This document shows positions 46,901 to 60,328 of a DNA stretch of 64,000 bases, one piece after another. The stretch is from contig NIVC01001783.1 of NCBI GenBank assembly GCA_002269645.1, positions 124,001-188,000 on the forward strand. The letters are read 5' to 3'. Source of the DNA: Macrostomum lignano. Taxonomy: Eukaryota. The notes under the pieces were generated by a model that was not told the DNA's origin, did no database searches, and saw only the letters and a list, made by a program, of their open reading frames with translations. Positions within the stretch are counted from its first letter, which is position 1. The number at the start of each line of letters is the position of its first letter. The position numbers and the translations under genes are program-made.

Positions 46901-48321
46901 ACGATCATATCCATTCAAGAGGTTAGAGACCAATCACAGGATTGCCCAGAGATCGTTCTGTTAAAAAAAGCCATCTGGACGAGCAACTTTAACGACCCGA
47001 GAATCTGCCCCTACAAGGCAGTCGCGGACGAACTGACGATCGAGTCGGACGTGGTACTCCGGGAGATGCGAGTCATTCTTCCAAAGACGTTGCGGTTATC
47101 GGCAGTCCAAATGGCACACAGCACACATCTAGGCATTGACCGAACCAAGTCACTGTTAAGAGCACAATTTTGGTGGCCCGGCTTGGATTGAGATGTAAAA
47201 CAACTCATCGGAAATTGCAAGACATGCAAAATGGTCAAGGCTAGCAATCGAAACTACCTAAAATCTTGGCCGACAGCAATGGACGCTGGAGAGCGCGTAC
47301 ATGCGGATTTTGCAGGTCCAATAGATGGCCAATATTTGTTGGTGCTGGTGGACGCCATGTCAAACTACCCTGAGGTGCATCTGACCGCCAACATGGAGTC
47401 ATCTACAGTCATCTCTAGGCTACGGAGAACTTTTTTGCAGTGGGGTGTGCCAAGGACACTTGTCACCAACAACGGCCCAAGCTTCGTCTCAGCTGAAACA
47501 ACACAGTGGCTGAAAGCAATCGGGTGCAGCCATGTGACCACACCTCCATATCACCCTCAGAGCAACGGACTCGCAGAGAGATTTGTCCGCACAATGAAAG
47601 AATCTGTGTCAGCATTGGGTCTGAGTCAACACAACATTGACAAGTTCCTACTGTTCTACCAACCATCCAAAGGAAATGATGGTCGCACACCGTCGGAGAA
47701 GTTTCTAGGTCGAAACATCCGGACTCCTTTGATGACAGAGTTTTCTGGAGATGACAATGTGGTGTACAGGACACAAGGAGCTACGTCACTAGCCAGAATC
47801 GTCCTGCCTACAGGCCGCAACACGGCAATCATCAAGCTTGAGAACGGCTTGTACAAGAAGGCTCACAGAGACCAGATACAGAGCTTCAAGGGCAGCGATG
47901 ACAAGGACGTTGGCCCAGAACAAGCTACCACTGGTGCTGCTGGTGAGGTCGATCACCCTCCAGCTATGCGCCCTGGAGAAGAGGAGCGGGAGCAGCAGCA
48001 GCAGCAACCCAGAAGAAGTGAAAGACTGAGGAACAGACCGACTGTGAATTATAAGGAGTGAACTGTAATTTTGAAGCAGGGAGGTGCTGCGGGCTGGCTT
48101 CTGCCCAAGCAGATTGAACTTTAATTTGTAATTGCCATAGACAAGTTTATTTGCCTGTACTGCGATTAGTTGGCGCAAGTGTCAAAGGGCCTTCGTGACA
48201 AAAAATAGAAATACATAAGTATTCAAGAAGACTCGGATAAGAGCAACAGCTGCAAGAGCCGAGAGTGCATGGCACACAACTTGCGTAAATATAATGCAAT
48301 ACAAAAGACAGACTTGTAACA
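43929..48321 (+). mobile_element. Full-length Ty3/Gypsy LTR retrotransposon (Mag-like), inactivated by point mutations
   Basis: 237-bp LTRs 43929-44165 and 48085-48321 differ by 4 substitutions. TSD AAAAT; PBS TGGCGTCGCAAGCAGGAT 44167-44184; PPT GAAGCAGGGAGG 48073-48084. Confidence 0.97.
44252..48061 (+). pseudogene. Single-frame gag-pol of Gypsy element 2 with two premature stops
   Basis: One frame throughout: Gag zinc knuckles, PR (VDTGA), TAG 45323-45325, RT (YVDD), RNase H (CDASQKG), IN HHCC interrupted by TGA 47189-47191, then the DDE core with its second Asp read as Asn (TNNG, 47468). Confidence 0.92.
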
Positions 48322-49299
48322 AAAATCTTGTACAGTTGCTTACAATTGTTATTTACTAACATTGAAATGATTTATTAATGTGCTAATATGCCAATAAGTA
48401 TAAAAATTTAGTGCATATGTTTTTAGATATAAATTAAACTTTGTGTTAGTCTTCATGAATAATTTAATTTTTTTCCAATAAAAATGGTTGTAATATATCT
48501 AATATTGCATAATGTAGTTGTTTTTATGCTAGGCTTACCCTTACCTTAAAACTGTTTGCAGGGTGGTTTAATTCTATATTTCTTTGATTAATAATACTTT
48601 TGAATGTGTGCCAAAAAACTAAGAAAAACTATTTGTTATACTGTATATATTTTCTATAATATTTTTGTAAATATAATTTTTTTAAATCTACACAAATTTA
48701 GTATAAATAGAAGCATTTTTGGCAGAGGAGAGAATAACCTTGTGCATCATGGTTCAATAAAAAAGAATTTACCAACAAATAATAAGAGTTCCAAGTAAAT
48801 GTTATTAAAGATTGTTTTTGGAGTTGATTTTCTTTCTAAAATGAAGTGAAGTAGATGGAAGTATATGCAGTATATACTACTGAGAAGCAGAAGTAGTGTT
48901 AGAAGACAAAGTAGATCCATATCTGTTTCAATCCATTTCAATGTGTTTTTATGCTTGAGGGCAAAAGCAGTTTATTCTTCTATCCATTTCCTTATGCTTT
49001 CAGGACAAAAGCAATGTTAATTTTTCAACTTTCTGCTCCTTATGCTTTTGGGACAAAAGCAATGTTTCAATCTCTAGCTATTCTGTTTCCTTATACTTGA
49101 GAGAGAAAAGAAGTTGTAAAATTTGTGCTCATGCTTATCCAACATGACCCAAACCTTTGCACTCTAATATTTAGCTTTAGGCTTGATGGTAAAAGCCTGC
49201 ACCAATGCAACATTGATTATCTGCATGCAACACATTGCTAAATTGCTTAATTGCATTTCATTAACTTGCAGGACACCTTTTATTTGTAAACCTTTCAGC

Positions 49300-50520
49300 C
49301 TCGCTTATGACTGAAGGTATCTTTTAATTTTGTGAAACATTTTCGCTATGGAGCCCCCGCCATTTTGCTCCACTCAGGTCAAGTGCCCTGGTTCTAGGTC
49401 TTGTCCTCAGTGGAGGGCATCTGAGATGAACTGCCCCTATTTTTCCTTTGTTCTGATTCTGTCAAGCCTGAGAAATTTTGTTAGGGCCCCTCCCTACTTT
49501 GGCTCAGTTTCCCAGTGTTTTTGCATGCCTCTGTTGGTGTAACTCCTTATGGAGATCTAAGTTTAACCTGGTCACCTTGCCTGTATCTATTTGCTATCCT
49601 AGCTTTTAATGAAAAGGAGCTACATATGCCTCTTACTATTATTCTTAATTTTTTCTAAACTACTGTTTATGCGATTGTTCAGCCCCGCCTTTTCTAATTG
49701 CTAACCTGTTTATGTGAGCCGTGTAAGGTGCCCCATTCATTCATTTTGATCTTGGACCCCTGCTATGTAGTTATCTGTTTTATGACTCCTTGATTCATGC
49801 GCCCACCCCATCTCTGTGTGTGCCACCTTAGAGTGTACAAGGGGTGATGGCCCTATTTAGCAGTTAAATTTTATTTCCCCTGGTTGGCTTTTAATTCCAC
49901 CAATTGGATATTTTTGTGTCATTTAAGAGCCAATTTCATTCCATTATGTTCAAGCTCTGAATTGACCTGAGTTGTCAAAAGTTTTGCTTGCGAATCACTA
50001 TTTATCCACAACTATGGATTAAAATGACCCTATGCTGGGCGGCGAGGAGTCTCCTCTCAGTCGAGAGATCAGAAGAGCTGAAGTGAGCACTAGTTTAGTG
50101 TTAGGTGCCCCCTTTTGTCAGCTGTGCCCTTGCACCCTTCTGAGCTGTTGGCTGCCGCTGGCCAGAGCTCTCCCTCTCCCTCTCTCTCTCCCTCTCTCTT
50201 CCTCTCCCTTTCTCCCTCTTCCTCCCCATTGTCATTTTGTCTGCCTGCGCTCCTTTTTCTGTCCCCCTTTTTCCAGTTCCTTTGCATTCCCAGTGTCTGA
50301 GCTTCTTCACTCAGCTGTCCTTGATTCATTGTCTGTCTGGCCTCTCTCCCCCTTTTCTTGTGTGGCTGCGTTTGTTCATTCCAAGTTCAGCACTCAAGCT
50401 ATACTCTCGGTCTGGCTTGTACGGTAGCAGATCACGTGCCCTAGGCACTCTGTCCTTTTCTTGTGCTGCCTTGTGCAATCTCGTGTATCAGTCTCTAAAT
50501 AAGGAACAATGTCCTTGCCT
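49300..50520 (-). mobile_element. Highly degenerate retroelement-like (gag-like) relic
   Basis: Purine-rich minus strand with a zinc-knuckle-like remnant (ICYRTSQTESIA*V) near 50390-50435. No intact ORF. Confidence 0.25.
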
Positions 50521-50559
50521 CTCTGGCGGGGCTCTGCGCTTGTTTCTAAAATAGAACTA

Positions 50560-52080
50560 AATCATGCCAGGTTGAGGGGCGCAGTGAGAGCGGCCTTGCC
50601 CACTCTGGCACAATGGGGTATTGCTGAAATCGATCCGCTATCCTATAAGTATAGGCCTCTTGTGCCTTAGTTTGGCAACCACGTGTTTAACCTCTCCTTT
50701 TGCCACCCTTCGTTTATGAGTCGGGACTAAACATTGCTCTTATTTATAAGGCTTGCGCAGCTCACGCTAGCTCTTTGCTAACTTAACTTCTGAGTGCCTG
50801 AGTGTGAGCTAAACCCCCAGACAAGCTAACCAGAAACTAGCACAGTTCCTCCTCCCCACACTTGAGCCCGACAGGACCACTGACGAGGTGTGCACCGGTG
50901 CGAACTGTCAAATCTGCATGGCGTGCTAAGTTCTCGTGTCTCATTTATTTTGCTCAGCCCGGAGTCTCCCTCACCGAAGGACAAGATCCAAGCAAGCTGG
51001 TGGCAATACTACCTACGCTATTGAAAGCTAAGAGAACTTCCCACTGAAGAGGCTTGAGACTTAAGGTAATCTTAAGTGCCTAAATGGGAAGCAACAGCAA
51101 ACACTTCACTGGTGGCAGCAGTGGGATTTCAAGACTTACTAGGCTATTGCTAAATAGCATTGAGCAAAGTATAGCAAGTACAACAAAAAGACACTTCAAA
51201 GCTCTCAACTGCACCAACAACTATGATGGAGAGCCCTATGACCAGGCACTACTTAATGAGTTCAACCCACATGGCGAAGGCCCTGCTAGCCCTGCCTACT
51301 CCGGTGCCCTCTCCCGAGCCGCCTATGGCCCTGATGCCCACGAGCAGCCCCGGCGTTTGGCTGCATGGGCTGCATGGGATTGAATCAGTATAGTGCCTCT
51401 GGCCCCCAAGCTGGAGGCCATCCATGTTTTGGAGTCAGAGTGGCATTTGACACTGCCTTTCCTGCCATAAAACTAGACGAGTGGGTCCAGTCAGTCATCA
51501 CTAGTGGAAGCAGCAGTTGCCAACACCTAGTCCGACCACACATAGCACCTAGCCGAGCTGCTGCTCTGGGAATATGCTAGGGACTCAACACCCGGCAGAT
51601 GAGCAACTGCCACCACTAGCGCGACTATACCCTGACCTTTAGACAGCCGGCGGTGGCCCGAGCTGTCAGAATTACCACCAATCTTTTGTGCAAACGGCTA
51701 TAACAATTGGTAGGCAGCCTGCGCTATGGCACATTCTGTTTGTTAGTTGGCCTATTTGTCGACCATGCAGCAACACTGGGGTGCGGAATAATGACCACCC
51801 TTCTCCAGCATAGCCACCAGGCCCAAATTGCTCCAAATAATGCCCCTGCTCGCTGAGGCCAGTTGGCGACATGGGGCCATCAAATCTAAAGATAACCAGA
51901 AATGCTCATCAATTGCTGACTGTTCCCCAGCGCCCCCGCACCTGTGGTAGGCCAGTCTACCACTGGAGTTCAGCAGCAATTGGCAACTCTGGCGAGATGT
52001 CTCCCACGGCTGACAAATTGACATCATCTAATTCTACCAATGGACTAGACTTAGCTATTTTCTTCTTTTTCTCCTGGTAG
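50560..52080 (+). mobile_element. Old LTR-element relic with tRNA-Leu-type primer binding site
   Basis: TGGTGGCAGCAGTGGGATT at 51110-51128, just after a CA dinucleotide, matches the complement of the conserved tRNA-Leu 3' end in 18 of 19 positions. Downstream sequence is GC-richer with broken ORFs. Boundaries are approximate. Confidence 0.45.
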
Positions 52081-55000
52081 ATCCATCCATTGTTCTCCTG
52101 GCTATACCTTCCCTTGCCCCATCTTTGTTTTAATGTGTTTTTAACATTTTCAATTGCCAGTTTAATTCTTTTCCCTTGCGTGGCCTACCTGCTGCTCCCT
52201 TTGGTATCCCACTCCTGGGAATTAACCATGTCTATGTATATAAAATCTTGCGTGTTTTACTCAGTTTTAACTTTCCCATTGGTACTTATTCTATACCCCT
52301 TCTAATTTCAGTTTAATTTCCTAATTGCATGTTCTCTTGACCTTTATTTCTTAATTCATTACTTTTTGCCCTTGGCACCGCCAAATTTATCTCATCATTG
52401 CAGCAACAATAATAATTGACAATAATATTTATTAGCTTTGCCTAACTTAGTATTTATTCAGTTAACAATAATAACTATTGATGACAACTATTTATTCATC
52501 TTATTTATTCATCTTCATTCTTAATCAAAGCCGTTAGTTTTCTATTGAGTCATTTGCCTACGGGGCCTAAAACAATCTATTTGTCTCATCTCAAAGAAAG
52601 CTATAAGACCCTCAACAATCCATAATACAAAATTATGGTAGTGGCAGTGCTACTTTACTACTGATAGTAACAAACTAAGCATATTGACAGACTATGAAAT
52701 TTATAGTATCTGAAGACCCAATTGAATGACTGTGCCATTAAAAGACTGTTTGACTGCAAATTATGACTACCCTCCCTCTAGACTTGAGGACCTAGCAGAT
52801 GGAGTATTGAAGGAGAAGAGTTATGAATCAGTTTATGAAATTTTCTAGCTTTATGAGTACCAAGACATCACAGGTGGCAATTCAATTTCAAAGTTTAAAA
52901 CTGTTTCAACTCTCACCTCATTGGTGTCAGCGAAGCAAACCAATGCCCCATTAATTTATTTTCTTCTTTTCTCGTACCTCAATACCTAGACCAGACCTAT
53001 GCTTAGATAAAATACTTAGACTTATACTTTTTTAGATTATTCTAAGATATAATAAACTTATAATAGAATAATATTATATTGGTGGCAGATACCAACATTT
53101 AGTAGGCCTATATTTAATTAATTAGGAAAAAAGCAAAGCCATATCACAACTTTAGTAGTATTTTGTAAGATCCAATTAGACAGAAGAATACTACTAGGGC
53201 CTAGCAAAATTGTATTGAATTGGCTTTAGGCCTAGCTATACTGATAAAAGACTATATCCAAAAAATAGGCCAGCTACTAAGTCTACTTTGAATAACTTAA
53301 AGGCTTAACAATATGACATCAATAGGCCTAAGTAATTAAGCCTATGTAGGCCAAATATTATATTAAAACTTGATATTAGGGGGCCTAAGAAAAAGCTTAA
53401 AATTCAAATGACAAATGGTGAAATAATTTTTGTAAATTGTAAAACCTAATTAACTAGGCCTATACCCATTAGACATGCTAGACAAGTAAGACAACAGCTT
53501 CCTAATCCTAGCCTTGTAGATAATCAATACATAGAAATCCAAAAAGAAACATTTCAAAAAGTGGGAAGGGCAGGTTTGAGGTTCAATGGCAGATTTAGGA
53601 GGGAGAGGCATACAGGATGCATACCCCCTGTTGAATATGATATTTTTTATGGAAAATGCACATTATTATCTACCAATTATTTTTAGCATTGGTCAGCACT
53701 CATTTTAGCACTAGACTAGGGGCCTAGGCATATAGGCTATATAGGCCTAAGCACTCATTTTAGTACCACAGGCCCTATTTTAGTACCACAGGCACTCATT
53801 TTAGTGCCGCAGGTGCTATGTTTTGTCGCCCTGCAGCAAAAATGCAAAGCAGCAAAAAATAAGAGTAAAAAATAAGCTGAAAGTCTACATTTAGCATTTA
53901 ATTTGTGGAGGGGTCAGATACCATTACTGCCCCCCTCCACTTTAAAAAAGTGGGGGCCATGGCCCCACTGTCGCCCCCGTTCCTACGCCTATGACTACTT
54001 GTGAAATCGCTGGAGAACATAAAGTAGACCTATCTAAACAGCGCATGCTATGCAACTTGCTAATTAGGCCTAAGCGACCTGCCAATCTGCCATTGTAGGC
54101 AAGTTAAAAAAAGTGACGCCGTCGCCATCTTGGATAAGCAGCAATACAAATATACTGCCATTTGTTTGCTGTTTTTTCAAATACATTAAGAGAAAGAGAA
54201 TATACCCTTTGTCAAATCGACGTACAAATCGTCGTCAAATCGACGTACAATTTTGGCAAAACAACCTTGGGCCCCTAGCTTTGGAACTTTCTGCGAAGTC
54301 GTTTTTTCTAAATATCAATCTTTAAAAAGGTTGTTTGGTATAACAAATTGGGAGCGAATGTAAGTCTGTCGCGAGCGGTTTTGATTATGGTTCAGTTGCC
54401 GCTTTTTTCAGCTGCAATTGTCAAAAAATATGATAGGAGCATATACTATACATGACGTACGAAGTAAAGACTGTCTGGGATGGCCGACTGCATTCATCAT
54501 TTGATATGCTTTCAGTAGTATTCGGCGTATCTGATCTCAGGCCATGCCAATGTCTGCAGGAGTGCGCAGATATGCTTTTAAGTTCGTTACTATGCCTTGC
54601 GACTTGATGTATATGTATAGGCTCGTGTAGCTGTCGATTTTAGATTTTTGGTTCACAAACGCTGAAGATGGCATGCAATACCGACGATGTAGCCTACCTA
54701 GCTATACATACATGGAAGCGATACAGAATTGGGATGCTGAACTTTAACCCGTTTCTCTGCGGCTTGAAGTCTGTATATTGCATGTCTCTAGGAGCTAAAT
54801 CTAAATGTAAACCATGTAAAATAAACTGAGCAGCTTATTCACGCTGGTGGGTGGGTGTAGGTACATATGATAGATAATGTGCACTGTACAACAAATTTCA
54901 ATATGTAGAACTTTCCACGGATTTTTCGCTAGATTGGAAGTTTCAGACTCGTATTCTCGTTTTTTTGCTAATGTATATGTCACATGCATTATAGCCACAA

Positions 55001-56099
55001 CTCAGTAACAGTAAGCTTTGCACTGAAGTAGACGATTACTCAGAATTGTATTTTATTATATATTTTGACTAACTTCATTCATAGTTTTTACTACATATTG
55101 AATTCGTGTTAAACGTGTTTAAAAAGCGTGTCGAACGTTACGCACCCGGGCCAGTCTTCACATCTGCTAGTTGCCAGTGAACTTTGAAAAAAATATGGTA
55201 TTTTTTAAACTACATGTACGCTCGTATTATTATTAGTTTTTTTCAAAAAGGAGTACTTGGAGGAAAACTTTAATAAAGCTAGCTAAAATAAAATGAAACT
55301 GAAAAGCTCGTTTTGTAGTATAGATAATTATTTGCAACTAATTTAAAGAACTTCGAAGAATGTTTTGAAAAGCAACAATGCGTTTTAGTGATAGCCGCGT
55401 TTCATTTTTGATGGCGATCGAGTGTACACAGAACTTTGCGAAATAGCGCCAGCAGGAATCGAATTGTAATGATTGTTGAAATAGTGTAAGTCACTCCTGC
55501 AAGGACTACGTCGATTTTGCCATAAAGATGGTCGACAAGTCCCAATCGAGACAGGCTTTGAAGAAACGGTCTTTGGTGTTTGATCAAGCGTTACATTAAA
55601 TTTAAACTCTGAAAAGGGCATATCTTGACTTTGCTTTGTGTTAAACTCGGCTGCTAACGTACTCATGCAATGCTTCATTAAGTCAAGCCTTCTTTGAAGT
55701 GATAACGGAAAGCATCTAATTCGATTGAATGGCCTTCATGACACTCGGCCGTCCGTGAGATCTTTTCTATAGTATGTCAAGTGAGCATCATGTCAATGAC
55801 GTCTCTCTCGTCACCGCCTGTGTGATTAAATAACCTAGCTAGTACACAGGAACTGCGAAGACTGTGCCAGTGATTAGATCCGCGATTTGGTAGTGTCTTC
55901 GGCAACACTGCCTGTGCTTCCAGCACATCTCGATCTCGTTTTCATGTACAAGCGTAAAAGCTAGGATCTGAAGACATGCAAAACACAAAAAATTTATGAT
56001 TTGTTACGATTTTTTGTGAGAAAAGGGCCAAGATGAATAGGGAATTTTTTTAGATCTCAGTGTTCATCGGGGGAATCGCTGAACTTCTGTGGCTCGATC

Positions 56100-57470
56100 C
56101 GATCAAGGCTCACGGGGAAATTGCTGAGATCTCAAGGCTTACGGGGGGATTGCTGAGATGTCAAGGCTCACGGGGAAATTGCTGAGATCTCAAGGCTTAC
56201 GGGGGGATTGCTGAGATGTCAAGGCTTATGGGGGAATTGCTGAGATGTCAAGGCTCACGAGGAATTTCTGAGATGTCAAGGCTCACGGTCACGAGGAATT
56301 GCTGAGATGTCAAGGCTCATGGGGGAATTGCTGAGATGTCAAGGCTCATGGGGGAATTGCTGAGATGTCAAGGCTCATGGGGGAATTGCTGAGATGTCAA
56401 GGCTCATGGGGGAATTGCTGAGATGTCAAGGCTTATGGGGGAATTGCTGAGATGTCAAGGCTCACGAGGAATTGCTGAGATGTCAAGGCTCACGAGGAAT
56501 TGCTGAGATGTCAAGGCTCATGGGGGAATTGCTGAGATGTCAAGGCTTATGGGGGCATTGCTGAGATGTCAAGGCTCATGGGGGAATTGCTGAGATGTCA
56601 AGGCTCATGGGGGAATTGCTGAGATGTCAAGGCTCATGGGGGAATTGCTGAGATGTCAAGGCTCATGGGGGAATTGCTGAGATGTCAAGGCTCATGGGGG
56701 AATTGCTGAGATGTCAAGGCTCATGGGGGAATTGCTGAGATGTCAAGGCTCATGGGGGAATTGCTGAGATGTCAAGGCTCATGGGGGAATTGCTGAGATG
56801 TCAAGGCTTATGGGGGCATTGCTGAGATGTCAAGGCTCACGAGGAATTGCTGAGATGTCAAGGCTCACGAGGAATTGCTGAGATGTCAAGGCTCACGAGG
56901 AATTGCTGAGATGTCAAGGCTCATGGGGGAATTGCTGAGATGTCAAGGCTCATGGGGGAATTGCTGAGATGTCAAGGCTCATGGGGGAATTGCTGAGATG
57001 TCAAGGCTTATGGGGGCATTGCTGAGATGTCAAGGCTCACGAGGAATTGCTGAGATGTCAAGGCTCATGGGGGAATTGCTGAGATGTCAAGGCTCATGGG
57101 GGAATTGCTGAGATGTCAAGGCTCATGGGGGAATTGCTGAGATGTCAAGGCTCATGGGGGAATTGCTGAGATGTCAAGGCTCATGGGGGAATTGCTGAGA
57201 TGTCAAGGCTCATGGGGGAATTGCTGAGATGTCAAGGCTTATGGGGGCATTGCTGAGATGTCAAGGCTCATGGGGGAATTGCTGAGATGTCAAGGCTCAT
57301 GGGGGAATTGCTGAGATGTCAAGGCTCATGGGGGAATTGCTGAGATGTCAAGGCTCATGGGGGAATTGCTGAGATGTCAAGGCTCATGGGGGAATTGCTG
57401 AGATGTCAAGGCTCATGGGGGAATTGCTGAGATGTCAAGGCTCATGGGGGAATTGCTGAGATTGCTCATG
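56100..57470. repeat. 29-bp minisatellite (AAGGCTCATGGGGGAATTGCTGAGATGTC)n
   Basis: About 47 copies with CACGAGG and TTATGGGGGCA variants. Confidence 0.97.
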
Positions 57471-58994
57471 AGAATTGCTCAAGGCTCATGGGGATTTGCT
57501 TTCATTTTTCTCAAGAAACTAACAAAAGTGATTGTACAAGGCCGAAAACTACGTGTACTTTATTCAATTTTCTTGCTAATCCTTTCATTTGGGAGCCCTG
57601 ATTGCTAGTCACCATTTGTGTGGCTCTTGTTTTATACTGATAGAAAGATATAATAGGAGAATGTAACGACTTTGCAACGCGACTTTCAGCTGGTTCTCCA
57701 TTTAGCTAATCCAAACAGAAAGTAATCAGAGATTGTAAGAGTTGTAGCACGATCAATGTGTGCATATTTAGTTATGCTAAAAGGCTATATAGATGTGAAA
57801 CTGAAAACGAAAATTTGAAAAATGTGTCGAATAAACATTGTGTGTCGCTTGTCTATTTATATAAATTTCCCAATCACTACTACAAAATTGTTAAACATAA
57901 ATTAGACAACAACGATGACTCAGTGCATTCTAACAATATAGCATTTTAATATAATACAGCTTACGGGATATAAATATAGCATTACATATACAGGACCCAC
58001 AGATACTAGATGGGCCACTCAGCACATTTGCGTGTCAACTACTTTCAGTTCAGTAGTAAGTTAAAACAGAAAGCATTTTTAATGTATTTTCAAAGCCAAG
58101 GCTCATTTTATTGGCTCTTACCCCCAAGCCTAAACCGTCCAATCGCGCCTTTCCACGCTACCCCCAGTCCCGCTCCAATTTTTATTGCCCTTCTCGGAAT
58201 TCCAGCCTAGAGCTGCCATGTACATTCAGTGGACTGGCTAATGTACATTATTGCTGAACCAATTAGCAAGCTGTTTACGCCTGCAAGCTTGGGCTTCTAA
58301 GTTTATCAAATTCATTTCAGCTGCCTTATTATTATAAAATAGCTTATGTATTCTTCTCTGCTACTGAACTGAAAGTAGAAAGCTGCTTTACTAAGCAAAC
58401 ATGCCTATCTAGTTATTCTAGTATCTGTGTGCAGGACTAAATATACAAATTTATCACAGAAAAAAGATTTAATTACTTATTTTTTTATTTCAAAAAAATT
58501 CAGCATTATAGAGGCTTAACTGGAAGCGACGCAAAATTCATAAATTAGTTTAGAAACCGAATTAATTAACTTATTATAAATATTTGCACGAAACAGATTA
58601 TCAAGTCGACAAACTGAGGTGATATGGGTGATAAAAATGACCGCCAAAATATAACAGACTTTTAAAACAAAATTCGAAGTTGGCTCTCAATGAATATTAT
58701 TGCACAATCGATAAAAAAGAGAGAACACACACGATTTTGTCTCACCGCTGTGATCACTAAAATTTGATCATAGCAATTGCATGAAAAATGTAAATAGTTG
58801 CAATACAAATTATGGTCCATAATTATGTCATGCGCCAATATCTACTAATGTACTGTACTTAAGCTGTTGACAATACGCCAAAGAGTACTAAAACTAAGCT
58901 GAGGATGCGAATTTATCTAATCAAATTTGAACAATTTAGCAAGTTTGAGACCACGAAAAGAATTATACATCAGTACAAGGATATTGTTTTACAA

Positions 58995-60090
58995 AGCTAG
59001 GGTTACTGGTGATGCACCCAGATTGTAGGTTTAGAACACCCCGGTGACCAAGGGTTACTGGGATTGCAATCCAGATTGTACGTTTAGAACACCACGGTGA
59101 CCAAGGGTTACTGGGATTGCAATCCAGATTGTAGGTTTAGAACACCACGGTGACCAAGGGTTACTGGGATTGCAATCCAGATTGTACGTTTAGAACACCA
59201 CGGTGACCAAGGGTTACTGGGATTAAAATCCAGATTGTAGGTTTAGAACACCACGGTGACCAAGGGTTACTGGGATTGCAATCCAGATTGTAGGTTTAGA
59301 ACACCACGGTGACCAAGGGTTACTGGGATTGCAATCCAGATTGTAGGTTTAGAACACCACGGCGACCAAGGGTTACTGGGATTGCAATCCAGATTGTAGG
59401 TTTAGAACACCACGGTGACCAAGGGTTACTGGGATTGCAATCCAGATTGTAGGTTTAGAACACCACGGTGACCAAGGGTTACTGGGATTGCAATCCAGAT
59501 TGTAGGTTTAGAACACCACGGTGACCAAGGGTTACTGGGATTAAAATCCAGATTGTAGGTTTAGAACACCACGGTGACCAAGGGTTACTGGGATTGCAAT
59601 CCAGATTGTAGGTTTAGAACACCACGGTGACCAAGGGTTACTGGGATTGCAATCCAGATTGTAGGTTTAGAACACCACGGCGACCAAGGGTTACTAGGAT
59701 TGCAATCCAGATTGTAGGTTTAGAACACCACGGTGACCAAGGGTTACTGGGATTGCAATCCAGATTGTAGGTTTAGAACACCACGGCGACCAAGGGTTAC
59801 TGGGATTGAAATCCAGATTGTAGGTTTAGAACACCACGGCGACCAAGGGTTACTGGGATTGCAATCCAGATTGTAGGTTTAGAACACCACGGCGACCAAG
59901 GGTTACTGGGATTGCAATCCAGATTGTAGGTTTAGAACACCACGGTGACCAAGGGTTACTGGGATTGCAATCCAGATTGTAGGTTTAGAACACCACGGTG
60001 ACCAAGGGTTACTGGGATTGCAATCCAGATTGTAGGTTTAGAACACCACGGTGACCAAGGGTTACTGGGATTGCAATCCAAAATGAAGGT
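58995..60090. repeat. 53-bp minisatellite with internal palindrome (GGGTTACTGGGATTGCAATCCAGATTGTAGGTTTAGAACACCACGGTGACCAA)n
   Basis: About 20 copies at period 53 (59052, 59105). The array ends about 240 nt downstream of the beta-adaptin stop. Confidence 0.97.
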
Positions 60091-60328
60091 TTAGAACGCT
60101 ACGTGGCTAAGATAATTTTCTATCTTAAACACAATGGTCTCGAAAAAATGATTAGTTGATAAATTGCGGAATAATTCAGATAATAAGCACGGTAGATAAA
60201 TATTAAAGTGTAAACAATAACAATAAACGAAAAACAATAACAACAACGTGTTATTTTATTTTAAAGGAATAGCGTGAAGGAATATTCAAGCTAAGCTAAG
60301 CCTACAATATAGTGAATTCAACAGTAAT

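Noticed and set aside
50860-51095. Functional hammerhead ribozymes / retrozyme
   Set aside because: CUGANGA is present, but GAAA is imperfect (GAAC, TAAA) and no NUH site with stems I and III can be formed. Kept only as a hairpin observation.
52100-56050. Possible gene or DNA-transposon remnants (ORF 55385-55678; GC-rich MITE-like ends near 53600 and 53960)
   Set aside because: No recognisable domain, no paired terminal inverted repeats or TSD could be established, and there is no consistent exon chain.
58995-60090. CRISPR-like appearance of palindromic 29-53 bp arrays (also the block-interrupted array at 40641-41600)
   Set aside because: Units are head-to-tail with no unique spacers, there are no cas genes, and the context is a spliced eukaryotic locus.
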